From an uncultured candidate division Zixibacteria bacterium (GTDB lineage: Bacteria; Zixibacteria; MSB-5A5; UBA10806): a stretch of DNA of 64,000 bases. The translations under genes were made by a program, and so were the position numbers. Positions 23,054 through 32,561 of this stretch are shown piece after piece. Positions within the stretch are counted from its first letter, which is position 1. Each line of letters starts with the position of its first letter. A model generated the notes under the pieces. The model made no database searches. It was not told the DNA's origin and saw only the letters and a list, made by a program, of their open reading frames with translations. Where the stretch lies: assembly GCA_963817915.1 (NCBI GenBank), contig CAWFQL010000017.1, positions 480,001-544,000 on the forward strand, in the 5' to 3' direction.

Positions 23054-23130
23054 GGGCGATTAGCTCAGCTGGTTAGAGCGTTCGGTTCACATCCGAGAGG
23101 TCACTGGTTCAAGTCCAGTATCGCCCACCA
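23054..23130 (+). tRNA. tRNA-Val(CAC)
   Basis: Acceptor GGGCGAT/ATCGCCC, anticodon arm TTCGG-TTCACAT-CCGAG, encoded ACCA end. Confidence 0.95.
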
Positions 23131-23244
23131 TTTGATAATATGATGACGAACTTTCCCAAAGCACTGGATTATTCGGGTGGCTATCCACCAGCCTTTATCG
23201 CCCGCATTAAATCCGGTGACACGCTGAATATGAGAATGAGATTG

Positions 23245-23273
23245 TGCGCCTCCAAAGGGCGCATTTTTTATTT
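23245..23273 (+). terminator. intrinsic terminator between the tRNAs and the zinc-ribbon gene
   Basis: TGCGCCT-CCAA-AGGGCGCA stem followed by TTTTTTATTT. Confidence 0.7.
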
Positions 23274-23290
23274 ATAGATCGGAGGAGAAA

Positions 23291-24007
23291 TTGCAAAAAG
23301 ACCTTTCATTATTATTGGATCTTCAGGAGATCGACGATCAACTCGGAGAGTTGGAACGATCGAAAATATATTTGCCGGAAATGATACACAACCTCGAAAA
23401 TGAAATTTCGGAGTTGGTTAAGGCTATGGATGAAAATGATCAATCCCTGCAGAATAGCCTAAAAGAACAAAAGATGATTGAACTCGAAATTGAGACGTTC
23501 AAAGATGAACTCGATAGGTATCAGAAACAAATGAAAGTCATCAAAACCAACAAGGAATACGACGCCCTTTCAGCCGAAATCGATTCCAAAAAACTCGGCA
23601 TTTCCGATAAGGAAGAGCGCATGCTCGCTTTGATGGCCACCGCGGATGAATGTCGTGAAAAGGCGGTAAGTCTCAAAAATAGCCTGTCCGAGGTCAAAGA
23701 CAAAAATACCGAGCAGTTGGAAATGCTAAAATCCCAGTCGTTAACACTGCAGGCCAAGATCGATGACAAATATGAAAAAAGAAAAGTTTTAGCCAAGGAT
23801 ATTAATAAGCAAATCGTGGGTGTCTATGAGAGAGTCCGCAAGGGAAAAGGCGGCATGGTCGTGGTGCCTATTCGTAAACGTGCTTGCAGCGGATGTTTCA
23901 GCCAGATCCCGCCGCAACGAATCCAGGAGATTCGACGTGGCGATCGCATCTTCGCCTGCGACAGCTGCGGAAGAATATTAATATGGTCGGATGATGACAG
24001 TAATTAG
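23291..24007 (+). CDS. C4-type zinc-ribbon coiled-coil protein (DUF164-like; TTG start)
   Basis: LLDLQEID, long coiled coil, KEYDAL, CSGC...CDSCGRIL; SD GGAGGAG. Confidence 0.9.
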   Translation: MQKDLSLLLDLQEIDDQLGELERSKIYLPEMIHNLENEISELVKAMDENDQSLQNSLKEQKMIELEIETFKDELDRYQKQMKVIKTNKEYDALSAEIDSKKLGISDKEERMLALMATADECREKAVSLKNSLSEVKDKNTEQLEMLKSQSLTLQAKIDDKYEKRKVLAKDINKQIVGVYERVRKGKGGMVVVPIRKRACSGCFSQIPPQRIQEIRRGDRIFACDSCGRILIWSDDDSN

Positions 24008-24095
24008 CTCTTTATAATAATGATTCAAATGAAGCCGTGCTTTTCGTCCACCTGACGATTTAGCGCGGCCTCTTGTTATAAAAGGGGAGTCCTTT

Positions 24096-25550
24096 ATGAA
24101 TACAATAAAAATCGGGTTAACATTCGACGATGTCCTCCTCGTTCCCGCCAAATCGGCCGTGCTGCCCGGGAATGTCGATATCAGAGCAAAGTTGACTCGA
24201 AACATTACGGTGAATATTCCGCTCGTATCTGCCGCCATGGATACTGTCACCGAATCGGCATTGGCGATATCATTGGCCAGACAGGGCGGACTCGGGTTTA
24301 TCCATAAAAATCTTTCCGTTGCGGATCAGGCCACTGAAGTCGATAAGGTCAAGCGTTCCGAATCAGGTATGATTGTCGATCCCATAACATTATCGCCCGA
24401 TGCTCTCGTCGGCGACGCGCTCGATACAATGAGAAAGTTCTCAATTTCGGGAATTCCAATCACCAGAAATAATAAACTTGTGGGAATTCTTACGAATCGC
24501 GATCTGAGATTCCATCGCGATCCATCGGTGCCTATTGAGCAAGTCATGACCAAAGATAATCTGATTACAGTGCCTGAGGGGACCGACCTCGAATCCGCCA
24601 AGGAATTACTTCACAAGCACAGAATTGAAAAATTGCTCATGGTCGATTCCGATGGCAATTTGAAGGGCATGATTACTGTCAAAGATATCATGAAGCAAAT
24701 TCAGTATCCCCAGGCATGCAAGGATCAAAGAGGCAGACTGCGTGTCGGTGCCGCTGTAGGAATTTCTTCGGATATGATCGAACGAACTTCGGAATTAATA
24801 AAGGCCGGTGTCGATGTCATTACGCTGGATTCCTCGCACGGTCATTCTGAAGGCGTACTTAAGGCTGTTGAGCAATTGCGAAATAAATTCCCCGACCTCG
24901 AGCTTGTCGCGGGCAATGTCGCCACCGCCGATGGCGCATCTGATCTCATCTCGGCCGGTGCCGATGCTGTCAAAGTCGGAGTTGGCCCTGGTTCGATTTG
25001 CACTACGAGAGTAGTTACTGGAGCGGGCATGCCGCAAATTACTGCTATTATCGAATGCGCTTCAGTATGTGAGAAAAAAGGCATCCCTTTAATTGCGGAT
25101 GGCGGCGTAAAGTATTCTGGAGATATCACCAAAGCCCTGGCCGCAGGAGCTGATTCAGTCATGATCGGCTCGCTCTTTGCAGGCACCGCTGAATCGCCCG
25201 GTGAGAGTATTCTCTTTGAAGGCAGGTCCTATAAAGTCTATCGCGGCATGGGCTCAATTGAATCCATGAAAAGAGGAAGCGCCGATCGTTACTTTCAGCA
25301 GACTGAATCCGGCAAAATGGTACCTGAAGGCGTTGTCGGACGGGTGCCATTCAAGGGCTCGCTTGAGGACTCGGTGTTCCAGTTGGTCGGAGGCCTCAGG
25401 TCTGGTATGGGGATTTGTGGAGCCAAGGATATTTCAACATTGAAAAAGACCGCTAAATTCATTCAGATTACCAATGCGGGATTGCGTGAAAGCCATCCGC
25501 ACGATGTCAAAATCATCAAGGAGTCGCCAAACTACAGCGCCCCGGAATAA
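24096..25550 (+). CDS. guaB: IMP dehydrogenase
   Basis: [12 protein letters not shown] pair, [17 protein letters not shown]. Confidence 0.99.
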   Translation: MNTIKIGLTFDDVLLVPAKSAVLPGNVDIRAKLTRNITVNIPLVSAAMDTVTESALAISLARQGGLGFIHKNLSVADQATEVDKVKRSESGMIVDPITLSPDALVGDALDTMRKFSISGIPITRNNKLVGILTNRDLRFHRDPSVPIEQVMTKDNLITVPEGTDLESAKELLHKHRIEKLLMVDSDGNLKGMITVKDIMKQIQYPQACKDQRGRLRVGAAVGISSDMIERTSELIKAGVDVITLDSSHGHSEGVLKAVEQLRNKFPDLELVAGNVATADGASDLISAGADAVKVGVGPGSICTTRVVTGAGMPQITAIIECASVCEKKGIPLIADGGVKYSGDITKALAAGADSVMIGSLFAGTAESPGESILFEGRSYKVYRGMGSIESMKRGSADRYFQQTESGKMVPEGVVGRVPFKGSLEDSVFQLVGGLRSGMGICGAKDISTLKKTAKFIQITNAGLRESHPHDVKIIKESPNYSAPE

Positions 25551-25566
25551 TATTCGCCAATAATAC

Positions 25567-25616
25567 TTGACAGCCTGCGGCCAAATTCGTATATCTGATT
25601 TTGAAATTCAATCTCA
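25567..25616 (+). promoter_or_regulatory. promoter with Fur-box-like site upstream of fur
   Basis: TTGACA at 25567; TGAAATT-C-AATCTCA (25602-25616) matches 10/14 of TGATAAT-N-ATTATCA. Confidence 0.45.
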
Positions 25617-25735
25617 GATGGAGATGTCGGCGATGAGGATGGCATAATAAATAACGAAAAAGATGCAACAACTAAGAGCAAGAATAGGTTAATCTTATAG
25701 AACAAGGACAATACAGTCCTGTAAATAATGACGAT

Positions 25736-26161
25736 ATGAAAAAAGAACAAGAAATTCTGGCAGGGTATCTCAGACAAAAGGGTCTGAAGCATACTGGCCA
25801 GCGCGATAAAATACTCGATTCATTCTTATCGGCCTCCAAACATATATCCGCCGACGAGCTGCACTCATCGATAAGAAAATCCGATCCGCAGATCGGTTTT
25901 TCCACAGTCTATAGAACTCTAAAATTGCTAACCGAATGCGGCCTTGCGACAGAAGTCAATTTTGGCGATGGTAGAGCCAGATTCGAAAAATCGTTCGATA
26001 AATCACAGCATGGTCACTTGATTTGCACCGGATGCGGCAAAACCGAGGAATTCGATAGCAAGAATATCGAAAAGAGCCTGAAGAAGATATCGATCGACCA
26101 CGATGTAAAGCCCCATGGTTATAGAATAGAGGTCTACGGTTTATGTAAGAAGTGCCAGTAG
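25736..26161 (+). CDS. fur: Fur-family transcriptional regulator
   Basis: TVYRTLKLL, HGHLICTGCG, YGLCKKC; upstream of feoB. Confidence 0.93.
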   Translation: MKKEQEILAGYLRQKGLKHTGQRDKILDSFLSASKHISADELHSSIRKSDPQIGFSTVYRTLKLLTECGLATEVNFGDGRARFEKSFDKSQHGHLICTGCGKTEEFDSKNIEKSLKKISIDHDVKPHGYRIEVYGLCKKCQ

Positions 26162-26184
26162 TTTTTTTAACTTTGTGTTGAATA

Positions 26185-26199
26185 TGAAAGTCATAATCA
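26185..26199. promoter_or_regulatory. Fur-box-like operator upstream of feoB
   Basis: TGAAAGT-C-ATAATCA matches 11/14 of the 7-1-7 Fur consensus. Confidence 0.55.
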
Positions 26200-26230
26200 T
26201 TATAAATAGATAAATGAATCCAGATAAAAG

Positions 26231-28192
26231 ATGCCCAAGATAATCGACGAAATCGATACACTGCCGCCGATAATTCTCATCGGCAATCCCAATGTTGGAA
26301 AGTCCGCGCTTTTCGGCGCTCTCTCCGGACGATATGTCGAAGTGTCCAACTATCCCGGCACCACTGTCGATTTTTCATCGGGATGGATCGATCAGGGCGG
26401 TGTTCGCAGACGGATATTCGATTCGCCCGGAGCCGATACTCTTTCGCCAATTACCGAAGATGAGATGGTTACACGAGATCTCCTATTGTCGTATCCCGAT
26501 TCTCCCGTAATTTGTGTGATAGACGCCAAGAATCTCAAACGAGGCTTGACACTTCTTACCCAATTGGCTGAATTTGAGAGGGAAGCAGTAGTGGCCCTCA
26601 ATATGTACGATGAGCTCGAATCTCAGGGTATCAGTATCGATATCGAAATTCTCCAAAATATGCTCGGAGTTCCTGTGACTCCCACAATTGCCATTAAGTC
26701 ATCCGGAATTGAAAATCTGCTCGACAGCCTAAGTCATGCGGCAATTCCTAAGTTAAGGATTGAATTTGCGCAGTTAATAGAAAACTCAACTCAGGCTATT
26801 CAGCAAATTCTTGATGGCACTCGGATAAATTCTCGCGGCGTTGTACTCGGAATCTTAAGCGGTGTTAACGGTATTTCATCCACAATGAAAGATAGTATTT
26901 CAATCGCTCAATTGGCGAGCATCGAACATATCAAAGAAAGCCTTCAGACCGCCATTCCCGAACCGGTAGCTTTTGTCATAGCAAAATCAAGAAACAACTT
27001 TATTCAAAAAATCTATACTAAGGCGGTACTGAGTAAAAAAAATACGGGACGAGATATCTGGAAAAAAATCGGTGAAATTTCAATTCATCCATATCTTGGT
27101 ATTCCAATTCTATTGGCTGTAGTGATTGGCCTATATCTATTTGTTGGTGTACTCGGCGCGCAGGTATTGGTTGGAGTCTTGGAAAATTCATTGTTTGCCA
27201 GATATATTAATCCCTTTTTTGTCAGGACTTTTTCCGAAATCCCATCAAATTTCATTTTCGATCTTTTTGTCGGCCAGTATGGCATAATAACGATGGCGCT
27301 TACTTACGCCTTCGCTCTCATTCTTCCTATAGTAAGCACATTCTTTATCGCCTTCGGGGCATTGGAGGATTCCGGTTATCTCCCCAGATTGGCATTCATG
27401 GTGGATCGAGTATTCAAAAAGATCGGTCTCAATGGGCGGGCTGTACTTCCGATGATTCTCGGGCTCGGATGCGATACCATGGCTATCTTAACCACCAGAA
27501 TTCTCTCGACCAAAAAAGAAAAGATAATGGTCACATTTCTTCTGGCGCTTGCTGTACCTTGCTCCGCGCAGCTCGGTGTTACCCTTGGTATTTTAGGCGC
27601 AATTTCGCCGTTGGCGTTGGGGATATGGATAACCGTAGTTCTCGGCATATTATTTTTGGTTGGATATTTATCGTCGAAAGTAATACCGGGCAGATCGTCA
27701 GATTTCATTCTCGAAATACCACCGCTGAGATTGCCTCGCCTCGATAATATTATCATGAAAACCTTGATGCGTCTCGAGTGGTATTTAAAAGAAGCCGTTC
27801 CGTTATTTGTTTTAGGTACTTTGATTTTATTTATTCTCGATAAATTATCTTTGCTCGGGCGAATCGAAAAATTATTCCAGCCCATTGCAAGCGGCTGGCT
27901 GGGCCTGCCTCCTCATTCCGCCGATGCCTTTATAATGGGATTCCTGAGGCGTGATTACGGTGCCGCTGGCTTTAAGACCATGTTCGACGGCGGCCAGCTT
28001 GATCCGGTTGGCGCGATTGTCGCATTGACTGTAATTACATTGTTTGTCCCCTGTGTAGCCAATTTCTTTATTATGATCAAAGAACGCGGCATGAAAACAA
28101 CTCTTGGAATGGTGGCATTCATATTCCCATTCGCCATACTCGTGGGTGGGATTCTAAATATAATTCTTCGGGGGTTAGCTTTATGGTCGTAA
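26231..28192 (+). CDS. feoB: ferrous iron transport protein B
   Basis: GNPNVGKS, NYPGTTVD, DSPG, NMYD G-motifs; LEDSGYLPR, LGLGC, VPCSA gate motifs. Confidence 0.97.
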   Translation: MPKIIDEIDTLPPIILIGNPNVGKSALFGALSGRYVEVSNYPGTTVDFSSGWIDQGGVRRRIFDSPGADTLSPITEDEMVTRDLLLSYPDSPVICVIDAKNLKRGLTLLTQLAEFEREAVVALNMYDELESQGISIDIEILQNMLGVPVTPTIAIKSSGIENLLDSLSHAAIPKLRIEFAQLIENSTQAIQQILDGTRINSRGVVLGILSGVNGISSTMKDSISIAQLASIEHIKESLQTAIPEPVAFVIAKSRNNFIQKIYTKAVLSKKNTGRDIWKKIGEISIHPYLGIPILLAVVIGLYLFVGVLGAQVLVGVLENSLFARYINPFFVRTFSEIPSNFIFDLFVGQYGIITMALTYAFALILPIVSTFFIAFGALEDSGYLPRLAFMVDRVFKKIGLNGRAVLPMILGLGCDTMAILTTRILSTKKEKIMVTFLLALAVPCSAQLGVTLGILGAISPLALGIWITVVLGILFLVGYLSSKVIPGRSSDFILEIPPLRLPRLDNIIMKTLMRLEWYLKEAVPLFVLGTLILFILDKLSLLGRIEKLFQPIASGWLGLPPHSADAFIMGFLRRDYGAAGFKTMFDGGQLDPVGAIVALTVITLFVPCVANFFIMIKERGMKTTLGMVAFIFPFAILVGGILNIILRGLALWS

Positions 28193-28377
28193 ACTGTCCT
28201 CTATGCGGCTATCGCTTCGATTCATGCTCTATGCATGCCTGCGAAGGGTGCCCGCTTAATCCCAATTGCCAAAAAATCTGCTGTCCTAATTGCAGCTATA
28301 GCTGGGTCGCTTCTTCCTCTCTTCTTAATATTTATCGCAAACTCATTAAAAAGGAAATTTCCCCTGGAAAAACATAA
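28183..28377 (+). CDS. small Cys-rich putative metal/Fe-S binding protein
   Basis: 9 Cys in the first 37 aa (CPLC...CEGCP...CCPNC); overlaps the feoB stop. Confidence 0.75.
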   Translation: MVVNCPLCGYRFDSCSMHACEGCPLNPNCQKICCPNCSYSWVASSSLLNIYRKLIKKEISPGKT

Positions 28378-29020
28378 AGGACATATTATCGATGAGCTTC
28401 TGGAAGCTCTATATAAAGCCAATGAGGACGGGCATTCCCTCGTAAAATTATCCGATCTTAATCTCGAAGATATCCCCGGCGATGATGATATTGAATCATT
28501 GACCAAAGAAAAGCTGATCTCAATTAGCGATGGGAAGATAAATTTACTCGATGATGGCTATTCCAGAGCGCAATTGCTTGTACGACGTCATCGTCTCGCC
28601 GAACGACTTTTCAATGACATTCTCGGCCTTAACGACGACGGGCTTAATCTCACCAGCTGTTCCTTCGAGCATATAGTAGAGCCATCAGTAACCGAGACTA
28701 TTTGCATAATTCTCGGTCATCCGCCAACCTGCCCTCATGGCAAACGAATCCCCCCCGGCGAATGCTGTAAAGATGGCAGGAAAAATGCAACTCCGATAGT
28801 AGTTCCCCTGAGCGAGTTAGATGATAAAGCCAACGCAAAAGTCGCCTTTATAACTTCGGCGTTTCGCCAAAGGCTTGATAGGCTGGTCAATCTCGGCCTT
28901 ATTCCCGGAGCGGAAGTAAGTCTATATCAGAAAAAGCCGTCTTATCTGCTTCGAATTGGCGCCACTGAAATTGCTATCGATAAAGAAATCGCCTCGGGAA
29001 TATTCGTCAGAAAAATATAA
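28364..29020 (+). CDS. DtxR/MntR-family metal-binding protein with C-terminal FeoA/SH3 domain; start uncertain (CTG at 28364 proposed, ATG at 28235 in the track)
   Basis: RRHRLAERLF, CSFEH, LGHPPTCPHG, RLVNLGLIPG (FeoA). Confidence 0.85.
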   Translation: MEKHKGHIIDELLEALYKANEDGHSLVKLSDLNLEDIPGDDDIESLTKEKLISISDGKINLLDDGYSRAQLLVRRHRLAERLFNDILGLNDDGLNLTSCSFEHIVEPSVTETICIILGHPPTCPHGKRIPPGECCKDGRKNATPIVVPLSELDDKANAKVAFITSAFRQRLDRLVNLGLIPGAEVSLYQKKPSYLLRIGATEIAIDKEIASGIFVRKI

Positions 29021-29027
29021 AATATTA

Positions 29028-29055
29028 GTAGAGACATGCCATGGCATGTCTCTAC
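29028..29055. repeat. 28-bp perfect palindrome (GTAG REP-like) between convergent genes
   Basis: GTAGAGACATGCCATGGCATGTCTCTAC. Confidence 0.9.
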
Positions 29056-29064
29056 CGGTTCATA

Positions 29065-30303
29065 TCATCTATTTCTTGTCTCTTTAAGTTTTATCGAAAT
29101 ACTCAGCGACATCGCTGTCGTGATGAATACGATAACAAACAATATCCGCAATGAAAATATCTGTGCCAGCAATCCCCCCAACGCCGAAAAAAATACAGTC
29201 GGTGCCAAGAATGTATTCATGACTCCTATCGATAACAGCCGTCCTTTTTCATGGGCGATTTCCAAAAGATAACTGATGTACCCCATTCCAATTCCAGCCT
29301 CCGCCATTCCAATCAGAAAAAATACCACCGAAAAATGCAGATAATTAATCGAAATGAAATATCCGATGAATGCAAGTAACGGTGGCAATACTGATATTAG
29401 GCCCGCGATAATAATAACTAGTCTGTTCGATACCTTATTGGAAAGCCAGGCCCAGAGCAGATTAGTCGAAAGAAATCCGACCATCTGGGCCGCCAGATAA
29501 GTTCCGGCTATCCAGTTGGGCGCATCTAATCTATCTATCGCAAATACAATATAAAATGGTGTCGCCATATAATATGTATTCACCCATGCCCTCGACCAGA
29601 AAAGCCTTCTGAAATTGCTGTCATTAGTATAAATCTTTAACGCCTCTTTAAGATGCATAACCGGGGGAGCCTTGGGCAGCCGCTCTTTAGCCGACGGTTC
29701 CTTGATATAAGCAAAAACCAATAGTCCAAAAAACATCATGACCCAGGCCGCGATAAATAATATGCCAAAATTCTGAGGGTATGGATATACTTCCAATATC
29801 TTGGTGACAGCGATACCCTCAATCGCCGCGATACTTCCTCCCAGAAACATCCTCAACCCAAAATAACTTCCCCGCTTATTGACAGGAATAGTCTTCCCGA
29901 CTATTTCCGTAAATGCTATTCCGGCAATTCCCGACGCGATCGCGTAAATCGTAAAGCTTATCGCGAATGACAAAAGTATCAACGAATGATTTTGGCTGAA
30001 TATAAAAACTGTTGCAGTCGCGATTCCGAAAAAGAATAACCGCGCGAATGATAAATTATTATAAAATCCCAGTACTTTATCCCTATGCGCTATAAAAAGC
30101 GCCGTGAAAAGCTGCGGCGCGAACCAGCCAAACGATTCCAAAGTCGAAAATAATCCGATCAATATCTTGGAGTCGGTTAATTGCGAAATAAAAACCGGTA
30201 TAACTGTCGATCCGGAAAGAAATGCCAGCGCACCATTGAAGAATGTCCCATTTATCACTCCCAACGAAAAATTGCGACGGAAATCTTTATCATTTGCGGG
30301 CAT
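29065..30303 (-). CDS. MFS transporter
   Basis: About 12 hydrophobic segments, IPVNKRGSYFG, AWLSNKVSNR motif-A-like. Confidence 0.85.
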   Translation of the reverse strand: MPANDKDFRRNFSLGVINGTFFNGALAFLSGSTVIPVFISQLTDSKILIGLFSTLESFGWFAPQLFTALFIAHRDKVLGFYNNLSFARLFFFGIATATVFIFSQNHSLILLSFAISFTIYAIASGIAGIAFTEIVGKTIPVNKRGSYFGLRMFLGGSIAAIEGIAVTKILEVYPYPQNFGILFIAAWVMMFFGLLVFAYIKEPSAKERLPKAPPVMHLKEALKIYTNDSNFRRLFWSRAWVNTYYMATPFYIVFAIDRLDAPNWIAGTYLAAQMVGFLSTNLLWAWLSNKVSNRLVIIIAGLISVLPPLLAFIGYFISINYLHFSVVFFLIGMAEAGIGMGYISYLLEIAHEKGRLLSIGVMNTFLAPTVFFSALGGLLAQIFSLRILFVIVFITTAMSLSISIKLKETRNR

Positions 30304-30400
30304 AGAGCATATAATATGATAGGTACGCTAACGTCGCAATAACCTTCTCACGCATAATCGACAGGCTTGAATAATTGAACAAAATAACGTAAATTGACAT

Positions 30401-31177
30401 ATGGAATTGAATAAAAATTCAAACGCCAGAGATAATTCGCCGCGGCCCGGTTCAGCCGCCTTGTTTATATTCGGGCTCAGCGCGGCCTTGGGAGCGACAA
30501 TCTCAAATAACCTGACTTACCTTTGTCTTTTAACTGTCATAGTTGTTTTCACCTTTCTTATCTTCGACGGCAGGTTCAGAGACATATTTAAGACATTGGT
30601 GTATATTCAATGGCTTTTCGCGTTTATATTTTTATTCCACCTGTTTTCGCATCCGGGCCAGATATTATTTCGCATTTGGATTCTAAATGCCACGCGCGAA
30701 GGTCTTGATGCCGGATTCAACTACGGCATGAAACTGATATCGTTTGGATATATTGGTCTCTTGATGTTTAAAATGGTTAATCCGTTTGAATTGGTTTCGC
30801 CGCTGGAACGTTTAGCGCGGCATTTAGGAAAAGCCGGCAGACCTTTGGCCAATTTCTCGCTGGCGATATTTCTCGCGCTTCGTTTCTTGCCGGAGATGGT
30901 CGAACAGGGCAAAACCACTTCGCTGGCTCTGAAGACCAGAGGAGTCAGCTCGGAAGGAAACCTAAAAAATAAAGCCCGTTTCGCGTCCTTATTAATCGCG
31001 CCACTCTTCGTAAATTCATTCAAACGCGCCGAGCTCGCCGGAATCGCCTTGGAAACCAAAGGTTATGCTCAGCGTCATCTCCATGCCGCCCTGCCGCCAG
31101 CCAGAATCAATCTTTCGAGCGTAATAGCCATATTTATTTCCGCCGGTGTCATCTATCTTGGAGCGCATCTGAAATGA
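30401..31177 (+). CDS. ecfT: energy-coupling factor transmembrane component T (CbiQ/EcfT family)
   Basis: LALRFLPE, LKTRG, PLFVNSFKRAE, LETKGY; adjacent to truA. Confidence 0.85.
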   Translation: MELNKNSNARDNSPRPGSAALFIFGLSAALGATISNNLTYLCLLTVIVVFTFLIFDGRFRDIFKTLVYIQWLFAFIFLFHLFSHPGQILFRIWILNATREGLDAGFNYGMKLISFGYIGLLMFKMVNPFELVSPLERLARHLGKAGRPLANFSLAIFLALRFLPEMVEQGKTTSLALKTRGVSSEGNLKNKARFASLLIAPLFVNSFKRAELAGIALETKGYAQRHLHAALPPARINLSSVIAIFISAGVIYLGAHLK

Positions 31178-31911
31178 GAAATATCCTGCTCAAATTAGAA
31201 TATAGAGGCGGGGGCTTTCTCGGATGGCAACAGCAGGCGCGGGGGAGAACCGTACAAGGGGTATTACGCGAAAGCCTCGAGAAATTTTTACGTCATAAAG
31301 TGAAATTAACCGGCTCCGGCAGGACTGATACCGGTGTTCACGCGCTCGCTCAATACGCCAATTTTCAGTCGGATCGAGATATTCCGCCAAAAGAAATTCT
31401 ATATCGCCTTAATCGAATTCTGCCTGATGACATAGTAGTGCTGTCGTGCAAACATGTCCCCTTAAATTTCGATTCCCGGCGCCACGCCTTGTCGCGCAGT
31501 TATCGTTATCTGATTTCCGAAAAATTGACCGCGATCGACTCCGAATTTTGCTGGGTTGCGGGAAGGAAATTCGATATATTGAAGTTGAAACAGATGGCGG
31601 GCATGGTGGCAGGAGCGAAGCATTTTGAAAATTTCTGCAAGGTAAAATCCCGCAAGATCGATAATGCTTGCGCTATACTCGATGCCAAATGGTCACGACA
31701 GGGAGGCTTTCTGCGTTTCGATATCACTGCCAACCGTTTCCTCCACAATATGGTGCGGCTATTGGTCGGTTCGATGGTAGCCGTTCATGATGGCAAAATG
31801 GAGTTGGATTTTTTTAAGAAAATGTTGGAAAATAAAATAGATGCCAAGGCGAAATATATCGCCCCGGCCCAAGGCCTGTATCTGGCCGAAGTAAACTATA
31901 AAAGGAGTTAG
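31174..31911 (+). CDS. truA: tRNA pseudouridine(38-40) synthase
   Basis: [28 protein letters not shown]. Confidence 0.98.
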   Translation: MRNILLKLEYRGGGFLGWQQQARGRTVQGVLRESLEKFLRHKVKLTGSGRTDTGVHALAQYANFQSDRDIPPKEILYRLNRILPDDIVVLSCKHVPLNFDSRRHALSRSYRYLISEKLTAIDSEFCWVAGRKFDILKLKQMAGMVAGAKHFENFCKVKSRKIDNACAILDAKWSRQGGFLRFDITANRFLHNMVRLLVGSMVAVHDGKMELDFFKKMLENKIDAKAKYIAPAQGLYLAEVNYKRS

Positions 31912-31913
31912 AT

Positions 31914-32561
31914 ATGAAATTCTTCATCGATACCGCCAATTTAAATGAAATTAAAGCGGCCAATGAAATGGGTATTCTCGATGGCGTGACTACCAATCCA
32001 TCGCTCGCCGCCAAGGAAAAGCGGCAATTCAAAGAATTGCTGGTCGATATCTGCAAAATCGTAGATGGCCCGGTTTCCGCGGAAGTCACGGCCACCGATA
32101 CGGCAGGTATGCTGAAAGAAGGCCATGAGCTTGCCAAAATTGCCGACAATATTGTGGTCAAAATACCCATTATCCGCGACGGCGTAGCCGCAATCAAGAA
32201 GCTCTCATCCGAGGGTATCAAGGTCAACGTCACGCTCTGTTTTTCGCCAACACAGGCGCTTATCGCCGCCAAGGCAGGCGCGGCATTTATATCGCCCTTC
32301 GTCGGCCGGCTCGATGATGTCTCTACTTCGGGCATGCAGTTAATAGAAGAAATCGTGACTATTTATGACAACTATGGCTATGACACTGAGGTGCTGGTGG
32401 CCTCGGTAAGACATCCTTTGCATGTTGTCGAGGCCGCCATGATAGGCGCCGATATCGTCACCATGCCGTTTAATGTGATAGACAAATTGCTAAATCACCC
32501 GTTAACCGATGTTGGCTTAAAGAAATTTCTCGAGGATTGGGAAAAGGTTAAGAATCTATGA
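31914..32561 (+). CDS. tal: transaldolase / fructose-6-phosphate aldolase family
   Basis: [27 protein letters not shown] (Phe form typical of transaldolase). Confidence 0.93.
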   Translation: MKFFIDTANLNEIKAANEMGILDGVTTNPSLAAKEKRQFKELLVDICKIVDGPVSAEVTATDTAGMLKEGHELAKIADNIVVKIPIIRDGVAAIKKLSSEGIKVNVTLCFSPTQALIAAKAGAAFISPFVGRLDDVSTSGMQLIEEIVTIYDNYGYDTEVLVASVRHPLHVVEAAMIGADIVTMPFNVIDKLLNHPLTDVGLKKFLEDWEKVKNL

